Shown one piece after another: positions 20,501 to 29,428 of a stretch of DNA of 39,685 nt. This DNA comes from Deltaproteobacteria bacterium (GTDB lineage: Bacteria; Myxococcota_A; Polyangia; Polyangiales; Houyiibacteriaceae). Both the position numbers and the translations under genes were made by a program. The stretch's first letter is position 1. The number at the start of each line of letters is the position of its first letter. Location of the stretch: positions 1-39,685 of the forward strand of contig JAXMNT010000064.1 in the NCBI GenBank assembly GCA_034670305.1, read 5' to 3'. The notes under the pieces are model-generated. The model ran no database searches. It was not told the DNA's origin and saw only the letters and a list, made by a program, of their open reading frames with translations.

Positions 20501-20505
20501 CGCAA

Positions 20506-20940
20506 TTAGGAAGCGATGTACTTGTCGACTTCGAGCGCCCAGCGCACTTCGTCGACGAGCTCGTCCACCGCAGCCGCGGCCTTTTCGTAGACGATCTCGT
20601 GCCACACATCGAGGATGCGGGACTCGTCCATGGGGTCCAAGACCTCCTGGACGCAAATGTTCTGCTCGACGTATCCGCGTTTTCCGGCCGGTTCTCCAAC
20701 TTTGGAGCGGACCCTCTCGAAGAGGTCCTCGGCGGCGGCGTTGGGGAAGTCGGACCGCTGCGAGCGCGCGGTGAAACGAACGTGCATGACCCCGTCGCGC
20801 ACGAACACCCGGACCCCGGAGTCCATGATGTGGAGGCGCACCCGCTCGGCGATCTGAATCTCGTCCGCATTGGAGCGGTAGACTTCGATTCCACCGCCCT
20901 CGAGGGCTGTTTTGACGGTCGAGACGTCCAACTGACTCAA
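20506..20940 (-). CDS. Conserved-looking hypothetical protein (~144 aa)
   Basis: Globular sequence IEVYRS...IAERVRLHIMDSGV...RFTARSQRSDFP...ILDVWHE. Probable TTG start at 20940; the ORF-track extension overlaps the patatin gene. Confidence 0.8.
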   Translation of the reverse strand: MSQLDVSTVKTALEGGGIEVYRSNADEIQIAERVRLHIMDSGVRVFVRDGVMHVRFTARSQRSDFPNAAAEDLFERVRSKVGEPAGKRGYVEQNICVQEVLDPMDESRILDVWHEIVYEKAAAAVDELVDEVRWALEVDKYIAS

Positions 20941-21116
20941 GGTGTTCGTTCCATCCGTAGCGTCACGCAAGCGCGCCAGTCTTACATCCGCACCCGCCCG
21001 CATGCAACGAGACTTCTGCGTCATTGCCGCTCCAAAGTGGCAGCGGCTCCAGCCGGCGCTTCTGGCCCGCGCCGCGTCTCCGCTCGAACAATCGCGGGGT
21101 TGTACTAGGCTGGTTC

Positions 21117-22691
21117 GTGGATCAACGGCCGCGCAACGTTCTCTATGTCGGGCCCATGCATGGCGGCGACCCGCTCGGGATCGAGCGTTTCGCCGCGCCG
21201 CGCCCCCGACCCGACGGCTCGATGCAGTACGTGCTCTCGGGGCGGACCCGAAACGTGTTCTCGTCCAGCGAAGTCGGTTCCGCGCTCGCGATCTTGCGCG
21301 ACCACCCCATCGACCTGCTCGTCCTCGAGTTTCGAGAGACCGCACCGGCGGCCGGAGGGGGCGCCACCCGAAGTGCGCGGGCGGTGAAGCAGGTTGCGCA
21401 GCCGATCCTGGAGGCGCTCTATCCGGACGAAGGCGTGCATGCGGGGCTCGCGAGGGGCCGGGTGCTCGGGCTGGTCGGACCCGACGCCGCGGGAGCCCAG
21501 CGCGCGTTCGAGCTCGGTCAGCTCGGCATCGGCTCGGTGCTCTCGGCGCCCTCTCTGGAAGCGCTCCACGCACATCTCGACGCGGTCTTGCGGGAGCGTT
21601 CGGGTGGCAAGGTCGCGGTGTGTCTGGCCGGCGGCGGCATCGAAGGGCTGCTCTACGAGGTGGGGGTGCTTCGCGCGCTGGACACCTTCTTGGTCAACCG
21701 GCGGGTCGAGGACCTGGATCTCTTCTGCGGCATCAGCGCGGGGGCGGTGATCGGTGCGTTCCTCGCGAACGGGCTCGGCCCTGAAGAGATCGCGCAGGCG
21801 TTCGGAGACGGCACGCCGCGGGTGGACCCGATCCGCAAGAGCGATCTCTTCGACCTCAACGTGCACGGCCTCGGTCGGAGCGCCCGCGCGTTGTTCGCGC
21901 AGACGCTCGGCGGCACGCTTCGCGGAGAAGGAGGAACGCGCGGGCCGCTGAGTGCGCTCGCGCGGTCGGTCCCCGTCGGTGCGTTCCGGGGCAAGGCGCT
22001 CGGCGAATACCTGCGGCGGCATCTCGAGAAACCCGGCATGTCGAACCGCTTCTCCGAACTGCGTCGACCCCTGCTCATCGGCGCGACCGACATGGACACC
22101 TCCGAGGCCGTGGTCTTCGGCCGGGCCCCCCACGGCGACGTGCCCGTGCACCAAGCGGTGCGGGCGTCTGCGGCGCTCGTTCCCTTCTATGCGCCGGAGC
22201 GCATCGCCGGCCGCTACTACATCGACGGAGCGTTCACCCGCACCACGAACATGCGGGTCGCGGTCGAAGAGGGGGCGACGATGGTCATCCTCGTCGACCC
22301 GCTCGTGCCGGTCCGCTCCACTCAGCCGGGCTACGTCATCGAGCGCGGCGGCATCTTCGCCGGCATGCAGGGGCTCAAGGCGCTCGTGAACGGCCGCTTC
22401 GACAAAGCGGTACGGGCGATTCGAGAGATGTACCCGGACGTCTCGTTCTATCTCTTCCGACCCGACGCCGAAGAGATGCGCATCCTCGGCGGCTCCCCCA
22501 TGAAGTACTTCTACCGCCGAGAGGTGGACGGCCTCGCATACCGCAGCACCCAGGCAAAGATTCGGGGCTCCTACGAGCAGCTCCGGCTGGACTTCGCGCG
22601 GCATGGCATCGAGTTCCGCGACCCCGGCGGTCGTCCGCGCGGCGTCGACGTCGACACGAGCAGCGCGCTGCGGCCCGGCATCGGCCTCTGA
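21117..22691 (+). CDS. Patatin-like phospholipase/esterase with an N-terminal receiver-like region
   Basis: GGGIEG oxyanion loop, GISAG nucleophile and DGA catalytic Asp. The GTG start has TAGGCT 5 nt upstream. Confidence 0.9.
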   Translation: MDQRPRNVLYVGPMHGGDPLGIERFAAPRPRPDGSMQYVLSGRTRNVFSSSEVGSALAILRDHPIDLLVLEFRETAPAAGGGATRSARAVKQVAQPILEALYPDEGVHAGLARGRVLGLVGPDAAGAQRAFELGQLGIGSVLSAPSLEALHAHLDAVLRERSGGKVAVCLAGGGIEGLLYEVGVLRALDTFLVNRRVEDLDLFCGISAGAVIGAFLANGLGPEEIAQAFGDGTPRVDPIRKSDLFDLNVHGLGRSARALFAQTLGGTLRGEGGTRGPLSALARSVPVGAFRGKALGEYLRRHLEKPGMSNRFSELRRPLLIGATDMDTSEAVVFGRAPHGDVPVHQAVRASAALVPFYAPERIAGRYYIDGAFTRTTNMRVAVEEGATMVILVDPLVPVRSTQPGYVIERGGIFAGMQGLKALVNGRFDKAVRAIREMYPDVSFYLFRPDAEEMRILGGSPMKYFYRREVDGLAYRSTQAKIRGSYEQLRLDFARHGIEFRDPGGRPRGVDVDTSSALRPGIGL

Positions 22692-22701
22692 TCGGTGTGA
22701 C

Positions 22702-23517
22702 GTGATCGAAGTCGTCGACGCGCTCGGACGGACGGTCCACCTCGCGGCGCCCGCGCGGCGCGTGGTGAGTCTCGTGCCGAGCGAGACCCACGCGGTGATG
22801 GCGATGGCGGGCGCCGAGCGGGTGGTCGGGCGGTCGCGGTACTGCGAGCACACCGATGCCCCGTTTGTGGGGGGCACCAAGGACGTCGACCTCGACGCGG
22901 TGGTGGCGCGCGCGCCAGATCTCGTGCTCGCGAACCAAGAAGAGAACGCCCGCAAAGGCGTCGAAGCGCTGATCGCCGCGGGGCTGACCGTGCACGTGAG
23001 TTTTCCGCGCAGCTTGGAAGACTCGGCGGCGTACCTCGACACGCTGGGTGTGCTGCTCGCGGTGGATTCCCCCGGGCCTCGACTGCGCGCGCTGCTCGGT
23101 GCGCCGCTCGCTACCCGGCGGCGCGTCTTCGTGCCGATCTGGAACGACCCGTGGATGACCTTCGATGGCCGCGCGTTCGCGAGCGACGTGCTCGACGCGT
23201 GTGGACTCGACAACGTGTTCTCGGATCGACCGCGCCGATATCCGCTTGGCGCAGACCTCGGCACCCGCCCGCCGCTCCCGCCCGAGCGGGTGGGCGATCG
23301 GGACACGCGTTACCCGCGCATCCGGCTGGAGGAAGCCGTCGCCCGGACGCCGGATCTCGTGCTCTTGCCCGACGAGCCGCACGACTTCACCGACGAGGAC
23401 GTCGACGCGATGGTGGCGGCCGGTCTGAGGCGGGAGACGATCCACCGGGTGAGCGGCAAGGATCTGTTCTGGTACGGCGCCTGGCCCCTCGAGGCCTTGC
23501 CCCGACTGCGGGCGTAG
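22702..23517 (+). CDS. BtuF/helical-backbone metal (cobalamin or Fe-siderophore) binding protein
   Basis: Motifs DALGRTV...ARRVVSLVPSET, VGGTKD and PDLVLANQEEN. No signal peptide is evident. Confidence 0.85.
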   Translation: MIEVVDALGRTVHLAAPARRVVSLVPSETHAVMAMAGAERVVGRSRYCEHTDAPFVGGTKDVDLDAVVARAPDLVLANQEENARKGVEALIAAGLTVHVSFPRSLEDSAAYLDTLGVLLAVDSPGPRLRALLGAPLATRRRVFVPIWNDPWMTFDGRAFASDVLDACGLDNVFSDRPRRYPLGADLGTRPPLPPERVGDRDTRYPRIRLEEAVARTPDLVLLPDEPHDFTDEDVDAMVAAGLRRETIHRVSGKDLFWYGAWPLEALPRLRA

Positions 23518-23570
23518 GACGAAAACGCGTCGCGCGATCTCGCGCACGGCGCACGGCGCACGCGCCCACG

Positions 23571-23605
23571 AAAAAAACGGCGCGAGGCATCTGCCTCACG
23601 CCGTT
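23571..23605 (-). terminator. Rho-independent terminator for the amidohydrolase lipoprotein gene
   Basis: The minus strand reads AACGGCGTGAGGCAGATGCCTCGCGCCGTTTTTTT: a long GC stem plus a U-tract, 12 nt after the stop. Confidence 0.85.
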
Positions 23606-23617
23606 CTTCCCGGCTTC

Positions 23618-26600
23618 TTAGCGGCTGCCGAGCGTGCTGTAGTCGCAGCTTCCGGTGTTGCACACGGTGCCTTCCCACTCGACCGACGGGTCGAAGGCGT
23701 CGAGGCTGTTGGTGTCGCCCGAGGTGACGCTGACAAGGCGGCGCAGGCTGTAGTCCATCGTCTGCAGACCGCCGCCCATCCAGCCCGCGGCGCCCGGATC
23801 TTCATCCGTCTTGCCGAACGAGTCGATGACCATGCCAGCGCAGATGAGCTCGTAGCTGTCGTTGCCGTTGTGGTTGATGACGCCGCTCATCACATCGCAC
23901 GGCGTCGGGTCGGCGATCGACGAGTTGCAGAGAACCCACGTCTCACCCGCGGCGAGTGTGCCGCTCAGATCCAACATGCCCATCGAGGAGCCGCCGTTCG
24001 TGTAGCGGAGCAGCTGGCAGGTCGAGAGATCGACGCTGCCTTCGCCGTTGTAGAGCTCGATCGCCTTGTTGTTGCTCGGGCCTTCGACGTACTCGCTGAT
24101 GATGAGTCCGCCGCCGACCGCTTCGATCACATCGACGTTGGCCACGGCCATGTCGCCCCCGAACGCCGCAGTGACGGTGCCGCTCGCGGCGGTCGCCGAG
24201 GCGGTGTAGGTCGCGGTCGCGAAGGTCATGCCCGCGGGGACCACGATGGTGGCCGGTCCGGTCACGAGTCCGGCAGGCGCAATGGTCATCGTGACGGACG
24301 CCCCACCTGCGCCCGCGGGTGCGGGAAGGAAGACGGTGAAGTCGACCGACGCATCGAGCGTGGTCGTCAGCGCGGAGGGCGAGATCCGAAGCGAGGAGTA
24401 GCCGACGTCGGCCATGTCGCGCGGGAGGATCTTGTTCTCCATGAACGTGAAGGCGAGCGGACCCTGGATGAAGCCGAACTCGTCGCTCACCGCCGGGGAG
24501 GGGGTGATCTCGAAGATGTTGCGCCCGACCAGGAGGCCGGCGTCGATGGCGAACTGACCGAACTCATCGGCCACCGCCGTGACGGTGACGCCTTCGACTC
24601 GGACCACGACGTTGGCGAGCGCCGCCGCCATCGAACCGGTCGTCTCGATGTCCGCCGGCATCGCCACGGTAAGCGGCGCGGGCTCCATGCCCGATGCGGT
24701 GACGGTGAACATCGCGTCGGAGAGCTGGTCGGCGTCGTTGAACACCGTGTAGGTCGCGCGGGTCACGTCGATGACGTCGCCGCGCGCCACGCCGCTCGGG
24801 GCGCCGCCGGTGAAGACGAAGATGCCGCTGAAGTCCACGCCGTCGTAGTCCGCCGAGCTGGCTTCTTGCTGGACGTGGAACCCGTTGCTGGTCAGGCCGG
24901 TGACGACGAGGCCGCCGAGGTTCACTTCGAGGCCTTCCGCGATGTCGCCCATGCGGATGGCGTACACGGTCGTGCTCATCGCCGGGCACGCCATCGCCCC
25001 GGGGTTCGGAGCATCGGGACAGGCGTCGCAGGCGTTGCCCTTGCCGTCGTCGTCGTTGTCTTCCTGAAGCGGGTTGGCATCGGTCGGACAGTTGTCTTCG
25101 GCGTTCGGAATTCCGTCGCCGTCTCGATCGCTGAGGTCGACCGCGATGCAGGTCGCGGGGTCGTCGTCTCCGCCGAGCGGGCAGACGTCGCAGGCGTCGC
25201 CGATGCCGTCGTCGTCGTCGTCGGCCTGGCTGCCATTGTCGATGGGCCGGATCGGGTTGAAGATGGCCACGCAGTTGTCTTCTGCGTTGACCACTCCGTC
25301 GCCGTCCATGTCGTCCGGGCTGCTCATGCCGGTGTAGTAGTTGGAGCCGTTGACGACCGCGTCCGGGAACGAAGCGTCCATGTTGAAGCGGCGGGGCACA
25401 CAGCTCGGCTCGAACTCCGGCTCCACGCCACAGAAGAAGAGCGGGTACTCGGGGTCGGGATCGTCGTGGATCTCGATGGTCTCGATGCTGGAGTCCGAGC
25501 GCGCGAAGTTCGCGGTCTGGATGAGCGCCGCGAGGTTCGGCGTCCGGTAGTCGAGGCCGGCGATCTCCTGCAGACACACCCGCTTGTCGACGCCACACAC
25601 GTTGGCGCCTTCGATGACGAGCTCTTCGCATCCGTCGCGAAGCGCGGCCACGAGGGCCGCGTCGCCGTACATCACGTCCGAGCCGCGCATGACGAGCGCG
25701 ACGCCTTCGGGCGCGCCCATGATGACGGCACGGTGGTCGCGGTGGGTGCGCGCGTCGAAGATGGCGATGTCCGCCGTCATACCGGTCGCGATGGTGCCGA
25801 CGAGGTCTTCCATGCCGAGGGCCTTGGCGGTGTTGCGGGTCGCCATGAGCCAGATCTGCTCGTCGGGGAAGAACCCGTCGAGCTGGTTCTGGTTGAGGCC
25901 ATCCACGCAGGCGAGCTCGCGGAGCATGTTCATCGAGCCGCTCGCGATCCAGTCGGTGCCGAGGCCGATGGTGGCGCCGAGGCGCGCGTACTCGGTCACG
26001 CGGGCGGTGTCGCCGTAGAGGGTGATGTTGGTGCGCGGCGACCAGATGAGCTCCACCTCTTCAGCGGCCATCTCCGCGATGTCCGTGGGGAGCAGGCCGA
26101 CGCCGTGAATGAACGCGCTGATGGGCTGCACGAGATCCCGCTCGCCTTCGCGAATGCAGTTGAACTCGTTGCGCGCCGCAGCGCTGATGCCCTCGGCGAC
26201 GTGCGGAACATACGCGTTGCCGACCGAGCCGATGCTCGCGGCGCTGTCTCGGAACTCGTACATGCAGTCGTCGGTGCGGCGCTGGTCGCCATCGCCCGAG
26301 TCACCGAGCGGGAAGGTCTGGTAGCGGGCTTCGGCGTCACCGAGTCCTTCGTTCCGGCCGTCGCTGTCGAGGTTGCGGAGCAATCCGAGCGGGCCGCCGC
26401 TGCCGAAGATGCTGGTCGTGCCGCTGATGAGCTGACGCAGTTCGAGCCAGGTCTGCTCCGGACGGCTGGCGCTGCCGCCGCGGGAGTTGATGCGGAAGTG
26501 GCCGCTCAGACCGCGCCGCCACTCGTTGCGGTGCTCGTAGCGTTCTTCGGTGAACTGACCGGTGGTGGCGTAGGGCTCGCCGTTGGCGAAGGTCACATGA

Positions 26601-27079
26601 TCGTGGCCGTTGATGAGGCCGGGCGAGATGACGCCGTCGGGGCAGCTCACCTCGGGTGCGGTGCCGGCCATCGCGGCGCAGTCGCAACCCACGCAGGCGA
26701 TCATTCCGTCCGCGCCCACGAACACCTGTCCGCCGCGGAAGACTTCACCCGGCGTGAGGATGTCGCCGGTGAGCAGCACGCCTGCGCCTTCGCCCGCGAT
26801 CACTTCGCAGGTGCCTGCCGCGAGGGAGGGTCGGCTGTCGCCGGCACAGGTCGTGATGACCGGCGGCGTGAAGAGGTCGGAGGTCATGCCTCCGCCGTCG
26901 ACGCCGGCGTCGACCGAGCCATCGCCGGGGATGAACCCGTCTGGCAGGGCGCCGTCCATCATGCCCCCGTCGGGGGTCATGCCGCTGTCGTCGTCGCCAC
27001 AGCCGGTCAGAACCAGGCCGGGGACAATCAGTAGCGAGATCAGTAGGGAAGAGGGGAGACGGAAGAAGGTATGAAGCAC
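23618..27079 (-). CDS. Lipoprotein: metal-dependent amidohydrolase, TSP3 repeats, OB-fold-like domains and a C-terminal lamin-tail domain (LTD)
   Basis: Signal peptide with lipobox LTGC. Amidohydrolase motifs GLINGHDH, HVAEG, IHGVG and GTDW. TSP3 repeats DGDG..NAEDNC...NP.Q.D.D.DG.G.ACD. OB-like GFHVQ...SGIFVFTG. LTD LIISEYVEG..NNKAIELYN. Probable GTG start at 27079. Confidence 0.88.
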   Translation of the reverse strand: MLHTFFRLPSSLLISLLIVPGLVLTGCGDDDSGMTPDGGMMDGALPDGFIPGDGSVDAGVDGGGMTSDLFTPPVITTCAGDSRPSLAAGTCEVIAGEGAGVLLTGDILTPGEVFRGGQVFVGADGMIACVGCDCAAMAGTAPEVSCPDGVISPGLINGHDHVTFANGEPYATTGQFTEERYEHRNEWRRGLSGHFRINSRGGSASRPEQTWLELRQLISGTTSIFGSGGPLGLLRNLDSDGRNEGLGDAEARYQTFPLGDSGDGDQRRTDDCMYEFRDSAASIGSVGNAYVPHVAEGISAAARNEFNCIREGERDLVQPISAFIHGVGLLPTDIAEMAAEEVELIWSPRTNITLYGDTARVTEYARLGATIGLGTDWIASGSMNMLRELACVDGLNQNQLDGFFPDEQIWLMATRNTAKALGMEDLVGTIATGMTADIAIFDARTHRDHRAVIMGAPEGVALVMRGSDVMYGDAALVAALRDGCEELVIEGANVCGVDKRVCLQEIAGLDYRTPNLAALIQTANFARSDSSIETIEIHDDPDPEYPLFFCGVEPEFEPSCVPRRFNMDASFPDAVVNGSNYYTGMSSPDDMDGDGVVNAEDNCVAIFNPIRPIDNGSQADDDDDGIGDACDVCPLGGDDDPATCIAVDLSDRDGDGIPNAEDNCPTDANPLQEDNDDDGKGNACDACPDAPNPGAMACPAMSTTVYAIRMGDIAEGLEVNLGGLVVTGLTSNGFHVQQEASSADYDGVDFSGIFVFTGGAPSGVARGDVIDVTRATYTVFNDADQLSDAMFTVTASGMEPAPLTVAMPADIETTGSMAAALANVVVRVEGVTVTAVADEFGQFAIDAGLLVGRNIFEITPSPAVSDEFGFIQGPLAFTFMENKILPRDMADVGYSSLRISPSALTTTLDASVDFTVFLPAPAGAGGASVTMTIAPAGLVTGPATIVVPAGMTFATATYTASATAASGTVTAAFGGDMAVANVDVIEAVGGGLIISEYVEGPSNNKAIELYNGEGSVDLSTCQLLRYTNGGSSMGMLDLSGTLAAGETWVLCNSSIADPTPCDVMSGVINHNGNDSYELICAGMVIDSFGKTDEDPGAAGWMGGGLQTMDYSLRRLVSVTSGDTNSLDAFDPSVEWEGTVCNTGSCDYSTLGSR

Positions 27080-27175
27080 GTCACCACAAAAGCGGACCGC
27101 CGGCCCCGGGTCAAGCGCGGCTTGTGACTTAACCGTTAATTGCCCGTGCCAAGCGTGTCGGATGCCAAGGATGGC

Positions 27176-27323
27176 GCCCTTGCCTTTGCCCTTGGTGTTC
27201 GGGCGAAGCCGACGCCAACGCCGAAGCCGAAGCCGAAGCCGAAGCCGAAGCCGAAGCCGATGCCGATGCCGATCCCGAAGCCGAAGCCGAAGCCGATGCC
27301 GATGGCCGATGGCCGAAGCCGAT
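27176..27323 (+). repeat. Intergenic NNNGCC hexamer array (CTTGCC lead-in, then GAAGCC/GATGCC/GACGCC)
   Basis: Directly visible tandem hexamers between two minus-strand genes. Confidence 0.95.
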
Positions 27324-27329
27324 GTGTGA

Positions 27330-28892
27330 TCAGCCGAGCAGGAGCAGGGCGCCGTAGCCGAGGACTCCGCCGAGGACGAGGAGGAGTAAGGCGAAGAGGA
27401 TCCACTCGAGGATCGAGCGCTGGGGACGGGGGTGGTAGCCGCTCTGGGGGCCGGGGTGCGGGGGGTAGGGCGCTTGCGGACCCGGGTGGGCGGGCGGCGG
27501 CGTGGACGGCGGGGGAATGTGGGAGGGGTGCGGACCCGAGGGATCCAGGCGGGGGGCACGTGGCCCGGTGGCGGGTACAGCAGCCGCGGCAGCTTTCTCC
27601 GCCGCGAGCTGTTTCAAACGCGCGTCGGTGATCGCTTCTTGGGCAAGGTCCGTCGCCGCGAAGGGATCCGACATGCCCTTCATCGGCGTCATCGGCGCGG
27701 GGAAGGAGCTCGGGCTCAGGCCAGGCGGCGGCTGACTCGGCGGTGCACCCTGGGGTGGCGCCGAGGGAGGCGGGCGTGAAGATGGATGTCGGGCCGCTTC
27801 GAAGGAACCAGAGCCGGGGCCGCCTTTGATCTTCTTCTTGGTGAGGTTCATCGCCGCGGACGGTTCGGCGATCGGTTCGTCCGGTCGCAGGCGCTGGGCG
27901 AGCGCGCCCATGCCGCTCTCTTCGAGGGCGCTCATCAACTCGTCGGCGAGCGCCCCCATCGACTGCGGACGGTTGGCGACCTTCTTGTCGAGGCAGCGGT
28001 AGACCACCGCTTCGAGCAGGGGCGGCACCTGGATGCTCGGGTTCACGGTGCGCATCGGCGGGGCCGGGTCGCACATGTGCTGGTTGAGCACGCCCATGAA
28101 GGTGTCGCCGTCGAAGGGCACCCGGCCGGTCAACAGCTCGTAGAGGATGAGCCCGAGCGAGTAGATGTCTGCCCGGTGGTCGGTGGGTTTCCCCATGCAC
28201 TGCTCGGGCGACATGTATTGCGGCGTGCCGAAGATCATGCCGGTTTTGGTGAGCTTGCGGGCGGGGTCGCCGTCCATGTCGAGGTCGTTGATCTTGGCCA
28301 ACCCGAAGTCGACGATCTTGACGAACTGTTTGTCGTCTCCGCGCGTGACGAGGAAGATGTTCTCGGGTTTGAGGTCCCGGTGCACGATGCCCGCGGCGTG
28401 GGCGGCGCCGAGCGCGATGCAGCACTGGGTGACGATGTGGAGCGCGCCGGCGACGCTCAGCACCCGCTCCCGTCCAAGGAGCCCACCGAGGTCTTCGCCC
28501 TCGAGCAGCTCCATCACCAAGAACGCGAGGCCGCGTTCGGCTTGGCCGAAGTCCTGGATGTCGACGATGTGCGGGTTGCCGAGCCGGGAGGCGCTGCGGG
28601 CTTCGCGTTCGAAACGCTGCAGGGCGACGCCGTCGTCGTCCTGGACCGGACGCAGGACCTTCACCGCGACCCGTTTCTCGAGCGAGGTCAGCCGGGCGGC
28701 GTAGACCGTGCCCATGCCGCCGCGTCCGAGCACCTTCTCGATCCGGTAGCGGCCGTCGAGCAGGGTGCCGATGAGGGGATCGGCGCGTTCACGTGGCGGT
28801 GCGGTGAGCGGACTGCGCAGCCGTGCGCCGTCGAAGGGGCAGAATGCCTCCCCTTCGCTGAAGTCCCGATCGCACTGTGGACAGACCCTCAC
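27330..28892 (-). CDS. Hanks-type Ser/Thr protein kinase with an N-terminal zinc ribbon and a C-terminal TM helix
   Basis: CPQC...CPFDG, LGRGGMGTVY, VAVK, HRDLKPEN, DFG and GTPQYMSPEQ, then a Pro-rich linker and hydrophobic C-terminus. The GTG at 28892 has GGAG upstream. Confidence 0.93.
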   Translation of the reverse strand: MRVCPQCDRDFSEGEAFCPFDGARLRSPLTAPPRERADPLIGTLLDGRYRIEKVLGRGGMGTVYAARLTSLEKRVAVKVLRPVQDDDGVALQRFEREARSASRLGNPHIVDIQDFGQAERGLAFLVMELLEGEDLGGLLGRERVLSVAGALHIVTQCCIALGAAHAAGIVHRDLKPENIFLVTRGDDKQFVKIVDFGLAKINDLDMDGDPARKLTKTGMIFGTPQYMSPEQCMGKPTDHRADIYSLGLILYELLTGRVPFDGDTFMGVLNQHMCDPAPPMRTVNPSIQVPPLLEAVVYRCLDKKVANRPQSMGALADELMSALEESGMGALAQRLRPDEPIAEPSAAMNLTKKKIKGGPGSGSFEAARHPSSRPPPSAPPQGAPPSQPPPGLSPSSFPAPMTPMKGMSDPFAATDLAQEAITDARLKQLAAEKAAAAAVPATGPRAPRLDPSGPHPSHIPPPSTPPPAHPGPQAPYPPHPGPQSGYHPRPQRSILEWILFALLLLVLGGVLGYGALLLLG

Positions 28893-28946
28893 CGTTGACT
28901 CCGCGTGTGTCTCACGCGCGCGAACTATCCCACAGTTTCTGCCGTC

Positions 28947-28981
28947 ACGGGCCTGGCTCGCTTCGCGAGGCTGGCGGCCCC
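28947..28981 (+). repeat. Dispersed REP-like repeat
   Basis: ACGGGCCTGGCTCGCTTCGCGAGGCTGGCGGCCCC. Its core CTGGCTCGCTTCGCGAGGCTG is identical to 20415-20435, and an inverted copy lies at 8511-8543. Confidence 0.85.
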
Positions 28982-29084
28982 GCAAGACAAAGTGACGACC
29001 GAGACAGACCCAATCCGGATCCCGTGCGTCTCCTCCTTCACGCGCAAGACGCGGTCGCACGTGTCGTGCGGAGGAGGAGTGGAG

Positions 29085-29336
29085 ATGTCGAAGGCGTTCT
29101 TTGTGGTTGCAGCGATGGTTCTGTCGGGTTCGATCGCCACCGTGGCGGAGGCGCAGCCCGGCGCCAATGAAGATGTGACGGAGCACAACTTTCTCGACGC
29201 GGACCGCGTCGAAGGCGATCGCGAGACGTCGTGGGGCGACCGGTTGCGGGTGCGCCGGGGTCGCGATCGCGGATCGTTGATCCGCATCCGCGACAACTTC
29301 GTGCACGAAGCGCTGAAGTCGGTCGAGAACATTTAG
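29085..29336 (+). CDS. Small secreted CglF/GltF-like gliding-motility protein
   Basis: GGAGGAGG RBS and a signal peptide ending AEA. T.H.F.D.D.VEGD...SLIRIRDNFV.E.LKSVENI resembles the CglF family. Confidence 0.75.
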   Translation: MSKAFFVVAAMVLSGSIATVAEAQPGANEDVTEHNFLDADRVEGDRETSWGDRLRVRRGRDRGSLIRIRDNFVHEALKSVENI

Positions 29337-29361
29337 GCGCGCTTCGAGGGCTGGAGTCCCA

Positions 29362-29428
29362 CGCGGGCACGGGCACGGGCACGGGCAACGGCAAGGGCAG
29401 CGGCAAGGTGCTCGGCTCGCAGCCTCGC
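29362..29428 (-). repeat. GAGGCTGC motif plus NNTGCC tract following the CBS gene stop
   Basis: After the TGA, the minus strand reads GCGAGGCTGCGAGCCGAGCAC CTTGCC GCTGCC CTTGCC GTTGCC CGTGCC CGTGCC CGTGCC CGCG. Confidence 0.85.

Noticed and set aside
23543-23565. GCGCACG repeated three times next to the terminator
   Set aside because: Too short to distinguish from chance in GC-rich DNA.
27080-27631. N-terminal extension of the lipoprotein to 27559, and the (PK)n ORF at 27140
   Set aside because: These run through the hexamer array and overlap the kinase. The signal peptide and lipobox place the start near 27079.
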